Shown one piece after another: positions 1 to 9,285 of a stretch of DNA of 64,000 nucleotides. The DNA lies in contig CAYOUG010000002.1 of assembly GCA_964407105.1 (NCBI GenBank), positions 11,041-75,040 of the forward strand, given 5' to 3'. Numbering within the stretch: the stretch's first letter is position 1; each line of letters begins with the position of its first letter. The stretch comes from an uncultured Candidatus Saccharibacteria bacterium (lineage in GTDB: Bacteria > Patescibacteriota > Minisyncoccia > Phycocordibacterales > CALRHW01). The notes under the pieces were generated by a model. The model worked only from the letters and a program-made list of their open reading frames with translations. It was not told the origin of the DNA and did not search any database. A program made the translations under genes and the position numbers.

Positions 1-924
1 AGGATTTGTTTTTAGCGCTTTGATAGAAAGAGAAATTTTTCCTTCTTTAATCTCAATTATTTTTACACGTAATTTGTCGCCAATTTTAAATAGTGTTTTT
101 GGATTTTCTACGAGTGTCCAATCAATCTCAGAAATATGCACAAGACCCTCAAGACCTTCTTCGAGTTTCATAAATACACCAAAATCTACAACACCGGTTA
201 CTTCACCCATTACTTCATCACCCACAGTATACTTGCCGATAATTTTTTCTTTGTTTTTAAGTTCAGGACTCTTTTCAGAGAAAATGAGTTTGCCTTCTTT
301 TGGTACAGCACCAATAATAGATACAGCAATTTTTTGACCAATAAGTTTTTTGAGCTCTTCGAGAATTTTATCTTTATCACCATCCGTTACGCGAGGGTAA
401 TGTTCAGTTTTGAGCTGAGATGCTGGCAAAAAACCAGCGATACCTTGCCAAGCAAGAATAAGACCACCTTTGTTTGCGTCTTGTACTGGAATTTCGTAAA
501 TTGTTTTTTCTGCAATTGCTACTTCAGCTTCGCTCCAAATGAGCGCTTGTCGAGCTTCTTTTAGTGAAATTTCGATGTAGCCTTCTTTGTTGTCGATTGC
601 TACAACTTTTCCTGCAACATTGTCGCCGATATTTATTTTTTTGATAATATCGCGCGCACTCATAAATTCCTTACCATAAATGATACCCGTACCAAATGGG
701 GGAATGTCTACATAGACAGCACTTTTTTCTATACCGATTACCAGTCCTTCAATAAGATCTCCGGGAGCTGGAGGATTTTTGGTGTCATTTACAATCTTTG
801 TCATCACAGAATCCTTTTTTATTTTGGATTCTTTTTCGGCGTCAGATCCCTCTTGTGTATCACCTGTGATCTCTTCAACGACGGCTTTTGCCGCCTTCAC
901 AATCTTTTCTTTAATAGTTGTCAT
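1..924 (-). CDS. rpsA: 30S ribosomal protein S1 (partial; the C-terminal end runs off the window start)
   Basis: On the minus strand, an ATG at 924-922 opens a frame that reaches position 1. The translation MTTIKEKIVKAAKAV... contains repeated S1 domains (GDLIEGLVIGIEKSAVYVDI, GIAGFLPASQL, VDFGVFMKLEEGLEGLVHISEI). The six-frame track does not list it because it is truncated at the window edge. Confidence 0.85.
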   Translation of the reverse strand, partial: MTTIKEKIVKAAKAVVEEITGDTQEGSDAEKESKIKKDSVMTKIVNDTKNPPAPGDLIEGLVIGIEKSAVYVDIPPFGTGIIYGKEFMSARDIIKKINIGDNVAGKVVAIDNKEGYIEISLKEARQALIWSEAEVAIAEKTIYEIPVQDANKGGLILAWQGIAGFLPASQLKTEHYPRVTDGDKDKILEELKKLIGQKIAVSIIGAVPKEGKLIFSEKSPELKNKEKIIGKYTVGDEVMGEVTGVVDFGVFMKLEEGLEGLVHISEIDWTLVENPKTLFKIGDKLRVKIIEIKEGKISLSIKALKTNP

Positions 925-1165
925 AATTTTGTGCTAAAGCTTCCTGTTGTGCGTTCTGTTTTTGCGGCAAATGATGCTGTTCAAACTTGAACGCGCCCGA
1001 GGGAGATTACCTTTAGCGTTTATAATGTGCGACGCTGTGAGTCATCGCCTAAAACATGCCTTTTCTCACATAAATATGGCCCTAGTGGGGCCAGATCAGG
1101 CATAGGGGAGAGTATACAGGAAAATGGGGGTTTGTATAGGGAGAAAATGGATGTGTATAAACCAC

Positions 1166-1194
1166 TTGACATATACGTACATATATGCTATTAT
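1166..1194 (+). promoter_or_regulatory. sigma70-type promoter: TTGACA, 17-nt spacer, TATTAT
   Basis: TTGACA at 1166-1171 and TATTAT at 1189-1194 are separated by exactly 17 nt. The promoter lies inside a 450-nt GC-enriched spacer upstream of a short ORF. Confidence 0.45.
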
Positions 1195-1268
1195 TACATA
1201 AGTCAGTTACCACACAGCCACGTAAGGTTCGTGTGCCGCACATAGATTAGATTACAGGAGAGATTCCC

Positions 1269-1397
1269 ATGAAGCAGATCTTTAACAAGACGGCAGACGC
1301 GATCAATGAGCAGTTTCCCAAAATCTTGACCTTCGGTCTTCTGCTCACGTTCGTCTGCTTGGTGGTCTACTTTTTGTGTAATGGACCCCGTTAGCAT
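1269..1397 (+). CDS. small hydrophobic peptide of 42 aa (MKQIFNKTADAINEQFPKILTFGLLLTFVCLVVYFLCNGPR)
   Basis: AGGAG at 1256-1260 sits 8 nt before the ATG at 1269. The ORF encodes one predicted transmembrane helix. It lies between the promoter at 1166 and the hairpin at 1448-1490. It falls below the 60-aa cutoff of the ORF track. Confidence 0.35.
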
Positions 1398-1447
1398 GGA
1401 TTGGACCATGCTCTCGACAACACAGCAGTCCGCTTGAGAAAAATCCA

Positions 1448-1490
1448 TCACTGGACGCTTCTCTGGCGGATTTTTCTTTGTCTAAAAATC
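1448..1490 (+). terminator. rho-independent terminator: GAAAAATCC, 21-nt loop, GGATTTTTC, then TTTG
   Basis: A perfect 9-bp inverted repeat at 1448-1456 and 1478-1486 is followed by a T-rich stretch. Confidence 0.5.
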
Positions 1491-1528
1491 TAGCGCCTCA
1501 CACCCTGTCGTGTTATAATACCCCCATC

Positions 1529-2167
1529 ATGATAATTTCATACCACGGACTTCAGTCTTTCAAAATACAGTTTGGCGATATTATTGTTGCTTACAATCCC
1601 ATTTCAAAGGATTCAAAATTTAAATCTACAAAATATGGCGCAGATATTGCGCTCATTTCCGCAAATCATCCAGATTTCAACGGTTATGAAATGGCAGAGC
1701 GTGGCGACAGAATGCCGTTTGTGATTTCTGGTCCGGGAGAGTATGAAATAAAAGAAGTTTTTATAAAAGGTTTTGGATCGGCAACAGAGTATGGTGGTAA
1801 GCCAATGATCAATACTATATATACAGTGGCACTTGAAGGTATCAATTTATGTTTTCTTGGTGCACAAAGTAGTTCAGAGCTTTCAAATGAAACAATAGAA
1901 GGACTCGAGGGTGTAGATATTTTATTTGTACCGATCGGTGGTGAGGGTGTACTAGATCCTGCACATGCATACAAACTCGCTGTATCACTTGAAGCAAAAA
2001 TTATTATTCCAATGCATTACGGAGATGTGGGAGATAAAAATGCGTTAAAAACATTTTTGAAAGAGGGTGGAGAAGAGGGAATAAAACCAGTCGATAAATT
2101 AACAATTAAGAAAAAAGATCTCGAAGGTAAAGAGGGCGACGTGGTCGTCATCGAGCCGGCGATATAA
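1529..2167 (+). CDS. metallo-beta-lactamase-fold metal-dependent hydrolase (UPF0173-like)
   Basis: MIISYHGLQSFKIQFGD...ILFVPIGGEG...PMHYGD is typical of the small MBL-fold hydrolase family. The track ORF (1478-2167) starts at an upstream alternative codon; the ATG at 1529 is the likely start. Confidence 0.65.
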   Translation: MIISYHGLQSFKIQFGDIIVAYNPISKDSKFKSTKYGADIALISANHPDFNGYEMAERGDRMPFVISGPGEYEIKEVFIKGFGSATEYGGKPMINTIYTVALEGINLCFLGAQSSSELSNETIEGLEGVDILFVPIGGEGVLDPAHAYKLAVSLEAKIIIPMHYGDVGDKNALKTFLKEGGEEGIKPVDKLTIKKKDLEGKEGDVVVIEPAI

Positions 2168-2172
2168 AAACT

Positions 2173-2517
2173 ATGTTTGATTTCATCGAAAACATGCGTT
2201 CAAAGCCAGAGCATAAGCGTCGTATTTTTGCTGTTCTAACATCTACCGGAGTTACGGCGATTATATTAATAGTTTGGTTTACCACTTACGCTTCTGGATT
2301 TTCTAAAGAGCTTTCTGGTACAAAAAATGAAGTGTTGGGTCCATTTGCGTCGTTTAAAGCAAATATCGCTGGCGCTTTTGTGAGTTTTCAAAATAGCTTG
2401 GGTGGTGTAAAAGAAACTGTGGGAAGTATTGCGACAGAAGTAGAAAAACAGTATCAAGCACAGCTTGTAAACACCTATACTGCATCAGATAATTCAGTTA
2501 CAAATACTGCAAAATAG
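2173..2517 (+). CDS. hypothetical membrane-anchored protein (114 aa)
   Basis: One N-terminal transmembrane helix (IFAVLTSTGVTAIILIVWF) is followed by a Ser/Thr/Ala-rich soluble tail. I see no recognisable family. Confidence 0.45.
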   Translation: MFDFIENMRSKPEHKRRIFAVLTSTGVTAIILIVWFTTYASGFSKELSGTKNEVLGPFASFKANIAGAFVSFQNSLGGVKETVGSIATEVEKQYQAQLVNTYTASDNSVTNTAK

Positions 2518-2531
2518 CCCACAGTTTAGGC

Positions 2532-2560
2532 TTTTATTAAGACTTTGAATGTGTTATAAT
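2532..2560 (+). promoter_or_regulatory. candidate extended -10 promoter (TGtTATAAT) for gyrA
   Basis: TGTTATAAT at 2552-2560 lies 11 nt upstream of the gyrA ATG region. The -35 element is weak (TTTTAT). Confidence 0.35.
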
Positions 2561-2570
2561 ATCCAGATAT

Positions 2571-5039
2571 ATGGCCAAAAAAGATGAACAGGAAGTAATC
2601 AAGGAAGACTCAGCTGGTGGTGTAGTAATACCGCGAGAAATTGTCTCAGAAATGAAGGATTCATACCTCGACTATGCAATGTCGGTGATTACTTCTCGTG
2701 CTCTTCCAGATATTCGTGACGGCCTAAAGCCGGTTCATCGTCGTATCCTTTATACGATGCATGAGCTCAATTTAACCGCGGGTGCAAAGACTCGAAAATC
2801 AGCAAAAATTACTGGAGATACTACAGGAAATTATCATCCGCACGGAGACGTGTCTGTTTATGATGCAATGGTAAAAATGGCTCAAGATTTTAGTTTTAGA
2901 TATCCACTTGTGATTGGTCAGGGAAATTTTGGATCCATAGACGGAGACAATGCTGCCGCCCCACGTTATACCGAAGCAAAAATGTCTCGTGTTGCGGCCG
3001 AGCTTTTGCGAGACTTGGATAAAGAAACCGTAGACTGGCGACCAAATTATGAAGGCACCAGACAAGAGCCAGTGGTGCTTCCAGCGGCAGTTCCAAATCT
3101 TCTTTTAAACGGTACACTTGGTATTGCGGTGGGTATGGCTACCAACATTCCTCCACACAACCTTCGCGAAGTGCTTGCCGCAACCACGCATCTTATAGAC
3201 AACAAAGACGCCACCACCGAAGATCTTCTCGAGTTTATTCAAGGTCCAGATTTTCCACTTGGCGGTGTTATTTTTAATAAAAAAGATATTCATCATGCAT
3301 ATGCAACCGGTCGTGGAGGTGTGGTCACGCGCGGTGTTGCAGAAATTGTTGAAACAAAAGCAGAGACGTTTCAAATAATTATTACATCTATTCCATATCG
3401 TGTTATAAAAGCCGACCTCATTATTCGTATCGCCGATCTTGTGCGTGACAAAAAAATTGAAGGCATAAAAGGTATTCGCGATGAGTCCACAAAAGACATT
3501 CGCGTGGTTATTGATCTAAAAGGAGGTACTCATCCTCAAAAAATTCTTAATTCTCTCTACAAACACACCCAATTGGAAGAGGCTTTTCACTTCAATCTTG
3601 TGGCGCTTGTAGACGGAGTCCCACAAACTCTTTCACTAAAATCTTTTTTAAGTGAGTTTATCGCTCATCGTCAGATTGTTGTGCGACGACGCACAGAATT
3701 TGATCTTCGCAAGGCACAAGAGCGAGAACATATTTTATTGGGTCTTAAAAAAGCACTCGACCACATAGATCAGATTATAAAACTCATTCGTGGCTCCAAA
3801 ACTGTTGAAGATGCACACTTGGCATTACGAAAAGAATTTAAATTTTCAGATATTCAAGCTACGGCTATTCTAGAAATGCGTTTGCAAAAGCTTGCGGGTC
3901 TCGAGCGAAAGAAAATAGAAGACGAGCTTAAGGCGGTGCAAGAGCTTATAGAAACACTTAAAGAAATTTTGGCAAAACCAAAAATGATTTTGGATATTAT
4001 TAAAAAAGAACTCAAAGAAATTGGTGAAAAATATGGTGATGACAGACGTACTGCTGTGGTCAAAGGTGGTGCAACCGTAATTTCTGTTGAAGATCTTGTG
4101 CCAGATGAAGAAAATGCACTTGTGCTTACTTCTGGTGGATATGTAAAGCGCACAAGCCCTGATGAATTTCGTAAACAAAAACGTGGTGGTGTGGGTGTGG
4201 TGGATCTTGATACAAAAGACGAAGATTTTGTCACAAAAATGCTTACCGCAAGCACGCACAGCGACATGCTCTTTTTCTCTGATCGTGGAAAGGCGTATCA
4301 GATCAAAATGTATGATCTTCCGGAGGGACGTCGTGCAACAAAAGGCAAATCGGTGATGAATTACGTATCATTAGCCGCAGAAGAAAAGGTTACGTCACTT
4401 CTTGCAATGCCAAAAGAAGTAAAAGCGGCAGCCGAACTCTCACTTCTTATGGTGACCGAACAAGGTGTAGCAAAAAAAGTGAAAGCAGAAAGTTTTCATG
4501 ATGTTCGTCGTAGTGGTTTGATTGCTATTTCTCTTGGTGATGGTGATAAACTCATTTCTGTGTCATTTGTTACGAAGGGCGATAGTGTTGTGATAGCTAC
4601 TTCAAAAGGTCAATCGATTCGATTTAAAGAATCAGATATTCGTGAAATGGGTCGTGGTGCTGTGGGTGTGCGTGCTATGAAACTTGGTAAGGGTGACAAG
4701 GTTATTACCGCACAGGTGGTAAAAAAAGATTCCAAAAACGCTGAACTTCTTGTGATCAGTGCCAATGGTTACGGTAAAAAAACTTCTATTGAGGAATATA
4801 AAATCCAAAAACGTGGTGGATCAGGTATTAAAACTGCAAAAGTAACTCCAAAAACAGGTGACATTATTTGTTCACAGGTGGTGACTGACCAAGAAGAAGA
4901 AGTAGTTTCAATGTCTCAAAAAAGTCAGGTGGTGCGTGTGGATATTAAAGAAATTCCAAACCTCGGACGACAGACGCAGGGTGTAAGAATTATGAAATTG
5001 CGAGAAGGGGATAAAATTGCGTCGCTTATTTGTTTGTAG
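2571..5039 (+). CDS. gyrA: DNA gyrase subunit A
   Basis: The 822-aa product carries the [26 protein letters not shown] signature, the active-site Tyr region, and a C-terminal beta-pinwheel domain. Confidence 0.97.
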   Translation: MAKKDEQEVIKEDSAGGVVIPREIVSEMKDSYLDYAMSVITSRALPDIRDGLKPVHRRILYTMHELNLTAGAKTRKSAKITGDTTGNYHPHGDVSVYDAMVKMAQDFSFRYPLVIGQGNFGSIDGDNAAAPRYTEAKMSRVAAELLRDLDKETVDWRPNYEGTRQEPVVLPAAVPNLLLNGTLGIAVGMATNIPPHNLREVLAATTHLIDNKDATTEDLLEFIQGPDFPLGGVIFNKKDIHHAYATGRGGVVTRGVAEIVETKAETFQIIITSIPYRVIKADLIIRIADLVRDKKIEGIKGIRDESTKDIRVVIDLKGGTHPQKILNSLYKHTQLEEAFHFNLVALVDGVPQTLSLKSFLSEFIAHRQIVVRRRTEFDLRKAQEREHILLGLKKALDHIDQIIKLIRGSKTVEDAHLALRKEFKFSDIQATAILEMRLQKLAGLERKKIEDELKAVQELIETLKEILAKPKMILDIIKKELKEIGEKYGDDRRTAVVKGGATVISVEDLVPDEENALVLTSGGYVKRTSPDEFRKQKRGGVGVVDLDTKDEDFVTKMLTASTHSDMLFFSDRGKAYQIKMYDLPEGRRATKGKSVMNYVSLAAEEKVTSLLAMPKEVKAAAELSLLMVTEQGVAKKVKAESFHDVRRSGLIAISLGDGDKLISVSFVTKGDSVVIATSKGQSIRFKESDIREMGRGAVGVRAMKLGKGDKVITAQVVKKDSKNAELLVISANGYGKKTSIEEYKIQKRGGSGIKTAKVTPKTGDIICSQVVTDQEEEVVSMSQKSQVVRVDIKEIPNLGRQTQGVRIMKLREGDKIASLICL

Positions 5040-5050
5040 GAAGTATACAC

Positions 5051-5225
5051 ATCAACACAAAGACCTCTTGAACGAGTTAGCGGAAGAGGTTTAGAAAATG
5101 TTGAGATTTTTAGAAAAATGAAGCTGTCTGACGAGCGAAGCGAGGAGTTCTTCATTTTTCGTTAAAAAATCGATTACATTTTCAAAGCTCTGTAGCGCTT
5201 TAGTGAGAGAGGTCTTTGTGTTGAT
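5051..5225. repeat. nested inverted repeats in the gyrA 3' spacer
   Basis: The outer 18-bp inverted repeat is ATCAACACAAAGACCTCT (5051-5068) with AGAGGTCTTTGTGTTGAT (5208-5225). The inner hairpin is GAAAAATGAAG (5113-5123), a 26-nt loop CTGTCTGACGAGCGAAGCGAGGAGTT, and CTTCATTTTTC (5150-5160). Confidence 0.7.
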
Positions 5226-5229
5226 GCTA

Positions 5230-5337
5230 AAAACCAAAAACCATCTTTGGAAAACCACGCATAAATCGCTGCTGCGATTTTGCTACGCTCGGCCCGTCGG
5301 CCTGCGCGATGCTTTTCCAAAGATGGTTTTTGGTTTT
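5230..5337 (+). repeat. copy 1 of a conserved 58-nt GC-rich core (5255-5312) inside a perfect 25-bp AT-rich inverted repeat
   Basis: The arms are AAAACCAAAAACCATCTTTGGAAAA and TTTTCCAAAGATGGTTTTTGGTTTT. The core is CCACGCATAAATCGCTGCTGCGATTTTGCTACGCTCGGCCCGTCGGCCTGCGCGATGC. The core is repeated at 34218-34275 (minus) and 36819-36876. Confidence 0.9.
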
Positions 5338-5393
5338 TCCTTATACACATAAACAAATACTCCGATTGTCTTTTTTCCGCTATAATTAAAGTA

Positions 5394-5918
5394 ATGTTTG
5401 CCGATCCTATAAAAAACATAGAAAGCTTTTCACTTATTTCTGGTATGACAATAGCAGATCTTGGTGCTGGCTCTGGTGCGTATACGGTGCCCATAGCTCG
5501 TGCGGTGGGTGGTTTGGGAAAGGTGTATGCGGTAGACGTGCAAAAAGACCTTCTTACGCGCATAAAAAATGATGCCAACAAACAACACCTCATGAACATA
5601 GAGGTGGTGTGGGGAGATATTGAAAAACGCGGTGGTACTAAAATACGTGAGGGCTGTATCGATGGTGCTATTGCAAGCAACATTCTTTTTCAACTTCACG
5701 ACAAAGAGGGTTTTAGAGACGAAGTAAAAAGAATATTAAAACCCGGCGGTAGGGTGTTTATTATAGATTGGACGGATTCATTTGGTGGTCTTGGACCACA
5801 GCAGGCATCAGTATTTTCTCTTGCATCGTGCAAATCACTTTTTTCTAATGGTTTTTCAGTAGAAAAAGAATTTAGTGCGGGCACTCATCATTACGGGATA
5901 ATTTTCAAAAAACAATAA
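5394..5918 (+). CDS. class I SAM-dependent methyltransferase
   Basis: The SAM-binding motif I is ADLGAGSGAYT, and acidic and hydrophobic post-motifs follow (VYAVDVQ, FIIDW). The track ORF has an N-terminal extension that reads through the repeat; the ATG at 5394 is the likely start. Confidence 0.7.
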   Translation: MFADPIKNIESFSLISGMTIADLGAGSGAYTVPIARAVGGLGKVYAVDVQKDLLTRIKNDANKQHLMNIEVVWGDIEKRGGTKIREGCIDGAIASNILFQLHDKEGFRDEVKRILKPGGRVFIIDWTDSFGGLGPQQASVFSLASCKSLFSNGFSVEKEFSAGTHHYGIIFKKQ

Positions 5919-5919
5919 T

Positions 5920-7224
5920 ATGAAAAACATGAGCAAATTTCAGTTAATATTTACCGGTGTTTTTGTCGCTCTTATTTTTTTTGCAGTGATATTATTTTCT
6001 ATTGGCGGTATAGGGTCTTCCAATAATCAGTCTTCAGATCTTGTTGTGTGGGGTACTTTAAATGCGGCGCAATTTTCACAAATTGTAGAACGTTCTGGTT
6101 TAAAAAATAACAAATCACTAAAATTTACATATGTTCAAAAAAATGATGCCACTTTTGATACAGATTTTATAGAAGCGTTGGCTTCGGGTGTTGGTCCAGA
6201 TCTTTTCTTTTTACCGCAAAATTCAATACTTAAACATCAAGACAAACTTTATGTAATTCCATACAAAACCCTTTCCGAAAGAGATTTTAAAGACGTGTTT
6301 ATTGAGGAAGGGGAGCTTTATCTTACTTCAAAAGGTGTTCTTGGTATTCCTTTTATCATTGACCCACTTGTGATGTATTGGAATCGTACGATTTTTTCAA
6401 ATGCTGGCGTGAGTGCTCCACCAAAATATTGGAGTGACTTGTATGATCTTGCGCCACGTCTTGTTACAAAAGACGGTGCACTTAATGTGCGCCAAAGTGC
6501 TATTGCTTTTGGAGAATATTCAAACGTTTCTCATGCTCAAGATATACTTAGTATGCTTGTGATGCAGGCGGGTGGAAAAATAGCAGAGCGTCAATCAGAT
6601 GTTGTTACTAGTACACTTTTAAATAAATACAATGCACCGATAGTGCCAGCAAACACAGCGCTTAGTTTTTACACCGAATTTACAAATCCACTAAAGCCAT
6701 TTTATTCTTGGAACCGATCACTTTTAGCTTCAAAAAATTATTTTATTTCTGGTGATTTAGCGATTTATATCGGTTATGCTTCAGAGGTTGGTGAAATTCG
6801 TGCCAAAAATCCAAATCTTAATTTTGACGTGGCAAAAGTGCCACAATCGAAAGAAACAACACAAACTCTCACCTTTGGATCAATGCAAGCATTAGCCATA
6901 CCAAAAGCGTCTAAAAAACAAGCTGGCGCGGTAGAAGCCGCTCTTCTTTTGGTGGGTAAACCAGCACTTACCGAGCTTATAAACGTCACAAGTTTGCCGC
7001 CAGTGCGCCGTGACATGCTTTTGTCACAACCAGATGACAAATATATGTCGATATTTTATGAAAGTGCTGTGCAGGCTCGTGCATGGCTTGAACCCGATCG
7101 ATCACAAACCAAAAATATTTTTAAAGAAATGATAGAGTCTGTCACAAGTGGTAGGCGCACGATTAATGAGTCTGTGTCGCGTACAGATCTTGAACTTAAT
7201 GGATTATATAAAGAATTACAATAA
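5920..7224 (+). CDS. extracellular solute-binding protein (ABC transporter substrate-binding, family 1-like) with N-terminal membrane anchor
   Basis: The 434-aa product has an N-terminal transmembrane helix followed by a periplasmic-binding-protein-like fold (MalE-type length and composition). Confidence 0.55.
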   Translation: MKNMSKFQLIFTGVFVALIFFAVILFSIGGIGSSNNQSSDLVVWGTLNAAQFSQIVERSGLKNNKSLKFTYVQKNDATFDTDFIEALASGVGPDLFFLPQNSILKHQDKLYVIPYKTLSERDFKDVFIEEGELYLTSKGVLGIPFIIDPLVMYWNRTIFSNAGVSAPPKYWSDLYDLAPRLVTKDGALNVRQSAIAFGEYSNVSHAQDILSMLVMQAGGKIAERQSDVVTSTLLNKYNAPIVPANTALSFYTEFTNPLKPFYSWNRSLLASKNYFISGDLAIYIGYASEVGEIRAKNPNLNFDVAKVPQSKETTQTLTFGSMQALAIPKASKKQAGAVEAALLLVGKPALTELINVTSLPPVRRDMLLSQPDDKYMSIFYESAVQARAWLEPDRSQTKNIFKEMIESVTSGRRTINESVSRTDLELNGLYKELQ

Positions 7225-7646
7225 TGAAAAAACCTTTTTTACAACGTATCACTGTAGTAATGATGTTTTTGCTTATATTTTTTGTGATTGCTATGCCTGC
7301 AGTATCATTTGCTAAAATTAAAAGCGGTATTATACCTTGTGGCAACACTCCACCCGGTGCAACATTGGAACAAATAAATGCAGAGGCCTGTGATTTCAAC
7401 GATTTTCTTCAGTTAGGTAAAAATATTATTAATTATTTGGTGTTATTATCAATCCCACTTGCCGCGATTGCTTTTGCGTGGGCTGGATTTTTATACATTA
7501 CTTCGGGTGGAAGTGAGGGAAAAATTGGTAAAGCAAAAGATATATTTTGGAAGGTGATGTGGGGATTTATTTTTATTCTCACCGCGTGGCTGATAGTCTA
7601 CAGTATTACCAAGTTTTTGGACCCAGGATTTTCGTATCTTGGTTAA
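7224..7646 (+). CDS. pilin-like two-transmembrane protein, VirB2/TrbC (T4SS pilin)-like family, paralog 1
   Basis: A signal peptide is followed by a Cys-containing N-domain and a conserved C-terminal core (AFAWAGFLYITSGGSEGKIGKAKDIFWKVMWGFIFILTAW). All six tandem paralogs share the pattern hydrophobic helix, [FW]WG, acidic/basic loop ending in R/K, WGhh, second helix. Confidence 0.6.
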   Translation: MKKPFLQRITVVMMFLLIFFVIAMPAVSFAKIKSGIIPCGNTPPGATLEQINAEACDFNDFLQLGKNIINYLVLLSIPLAAIAFAWAGFLYITSGGSEGKIGKAKDIFWKVMWGFIFILTAWLIVYSITKFLDPGFSYLG

Positions 7647-7695
7647 TGTGTGTAGTATTCTCGACTTTATGAAACAGAAAAAATATAATAGATAT

Positions 7696-8085
7696 ATGAA
7701 ATTTCTTTCAAATGTGATGTTGGGGCTTTTGTTTGCCTTAGCGATTTTTGTGCCCTTTGTGCACGCAGAAATTACGTCTGGTAATTTATTTCCAAATCCA
7801 CTTGGTGACAGTGTTGGTAATAGTTTATATGGTTTTGTGTATTTTGTTCTTACAAATATTGTGATGCCTATTGGTTCCGTTGTCGTAGTATTTTTCATTA
7901 TTTATGCTGGATTTTTGTTTGTTACTGCGCGTGGCAATGAAAAGAAGCTTGAAAGCGCTAAAAAAACCTTTCTTGCTGTGGTTATCGGTGCAGTTATTTT
8001 ACTCGGCTCTTGGACAATCGCGAGTGCTATAAAAGGTACACTGTGTCAGATTTCTGGTGGAAATATTCCTGATCTATGTAACTAA
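7696..8085 (+). CDS. pilin-like two-transmembrane protein, paralog 2
   Basis: A signal peptide is followed by the core (FFIIYAGFLFVTARGNEKKLESAKKTFLAVVIGAVILLGSW) and a C-terminal Cys pair (LCQISGGNIPDLCN). Confidence 0.55.
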   Translation: MKFLSNVMLGLLFALAIFVPFVHAEITSGNLFPNPLGDSVGNSLYGFVYFVLTNIVMPIGSVVVVFFIIYAGFLFVTARGNEKKLESAKKTFLAVVIGAVILLGSWTIASAIKGTLCQISGGNIPDLCN

Positions 8086-8086
8086 T

Positions 8087-8497
8087 ATGAAAAAATATCT
8101 TACAAATTTTATAGGAATATTTCTTTTCGTGATTTTTCTGAGTGTACCAAACATAGCGTCAGCTCAGTTTTTGCAAGGCCTTTTTGGTTGTCCGGTTCCT
8201 CCGCAAAATTTTTCTGAGGTTGTGTGTATTTTTGTAGATATTTTACTTCTTCTCGTGCCACTTCTTGTAGGTATCGCATTACTTGTATTTTTCTGGGGCA
8301 TCGTAAAGTTTATTAAAAGTGCTGGTAGTGAAACTGCGCGAGACGATGCAAAAAATATTATGTTTTGGGGTATTATCGCTCTTTTTGTAATGGTTTCTAT
8401 TTGGGGTATCGTGCAATTTTTCTTTCAAGACTTTTTTGGTTTTAGTGTCGGTATTCATGTGTTTGGTATTCCACAGCTTCCATTTTTTCCAAATTAA
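8087..8497 (+). CDS. pilin-like two-transmembrane protein, paralog 3
   Basis: A signal peptide is followed by a Cys pair and the core LLVFFWGIVKFIKSAGSETARDDAKNIMFWGIIALFVMVSIWG. Confidence 0.6.
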   Translation: MKKYLTNFIGIFLFVIFLSVPNIASAQFLQGLFGCPVPPQNFSEVVCIFVDILLLLVPLLVGIALLVFFWGIVKFIKSAGSETARDDAKNIMFWGIIALFVMVSIWGIVQFFFQDFFGFSVGIHVFGIPQLPFFPN

Positions 8498-8506
8498 TTT
8501 TAAATT

Positions 8507-8803
8507 ATGTTTCAAATTTCTAACATTCAGCAACTCATTTTGGGCGTGACCTCTCTTGTGAAAATGCTTATTCCGCTTGTGGCAGGTATCGCATTACTTG
8601 TATTTTTTTGGGGCCTGGCAAAATTTGTGCTTCACGCAGACAGTGAAGATGCGCGTGAAGAGGGAAGGCGTCTTATGTTTTGGGGTATTATCGCTCTTTT
8701 TGTGATGATATCTGTATGGGGACTTGTATATTTTATTGGATCAGCTCTTGGTATTGGCCAGGGTGGTATAATGGGCTCTTTTTTCTCTTGGTCTGGATGG
8801 TAA
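8507..8803 (+). CDS. pilin-like two-transmembrane protein, paralog 4
   Basis: The core LLVFFWGLAKFVLHADSEDAREEGRRLMFWGIIALFVMISVWG is almost identical to the paralog 3 core. Confidence 0.6.
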   Translation: MFQISNIQQLILGVTSLVKMLIPLVAGIALLVFFWGLAKFVLHADSEDAREEGRRLMFWGIIALFVMISVWGLVYFIGSALGIGQGGIMGSFFSWSGW

Positions 8804-8926
8804 AAACATAAGCTATTCACATATCTTGCTGTCGTTGCGGTTGTATTAGGTTGTTCATAATAGTATGATTATATTGTGGTTTTTACACGTCGAAACGACG
8901 ATTATTATTTAAATAATTAAAGAAAG

Positions 8927-9268
8927 ATGAAAAAAGTTATTTTACTATTGGGATTATTTGCTACCCCATTATTTATACACGCACAAGTACTTGGAAACAT
9001 AACAGAAATTTTGAATGCAATAAAAAATATTGTTTCAAACCTTATTCCAATTATATTTGCACTTATTCTTATATATTTCTTTTGGGGTTTGGCAAAATTT
9101 GTGCTCAATTCAGGTGATGAAGACGCTCGAACAAACGGACGACAGATGATGATTTGGGGACTTGTGGCACTTTTTGTAGCTTCTGCGGTGTGGGGTCTTA
9201 CAAAGTTTATTGGAGATGCTATTGGTGTAGATAATGTAGATTCTGTAGACGTTCCTAGTATAAATTAA
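8927..9268 (+). CDS. pilin-like two-transmembrane protein, paralog 5
   Basis: The signal peptide is MKKVILLLGLFATPLFIHA and the core is LILIYFFWGLAKFVLNSGDEDARTNGRQMMIWGLVALFVASAVWG. Confidence 0.6.
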   Translation: MKKVILLLGLFATPLFIHAQVLGNITEILNAIKNIVSNLIPIIFALILIYFFWGLAKFVLNSGDEDARTNGRQMMIWGLVALFVASAVWGLTKFIGDAIGVDNVDSVDVPSIN

Positions 9269-9285
9269 ATCTGACTGTTAGTTTA

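Noticed and set aside
1203-1451. 82-aa minus-strand ORF in the GC-rich spacer
   Set aside because: It lacks an RBS and runs antisense across the promoter, the 42-aa ORF and the terminator hairpin.
3854-4267. Antisense ORFs inside gyrA, clpB, smc, rpoB and rpoC (for example 3854-4267, 18613-18975, 33436-33900, 45134-45713)
   Set aside because: They are low-complexity Ser/Phe/Ile-rich translations opposite strongly supported genes, and have no independent signals.
5124-5149. Possible hammerhead-like ribozyme core (CTGACGAG...CGAAG) in a hairpin loop
   Set aside because: The strict hammerhead requirements are not met: CUGAUGA, helix II and GAAAC in the right geometry are all absent. It also lies in a loop, not between three helices.
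5230-5337. Integron attC site or transposon terminal inverted repeats as the explanation for the three-copy element
   Set aside because: attC sites have variable centres with conserved R/L boxes at the ends, and transposon TIRs are identical between copies. Here the centre is conserved and the arms are copy-specific, the opposite of both.
5174-5683. 169-aa minus-strand ORF, and the similar ORF at 36669-37025, sharing the peptide HRAGRRAERSKI
   Set aside because: The shared peptide is just the translation of the conserved 58-nt repeat core. The flanks are copy-specific inverted repeats, and the ORF overlaps the methyltransferase start. It is not coding.
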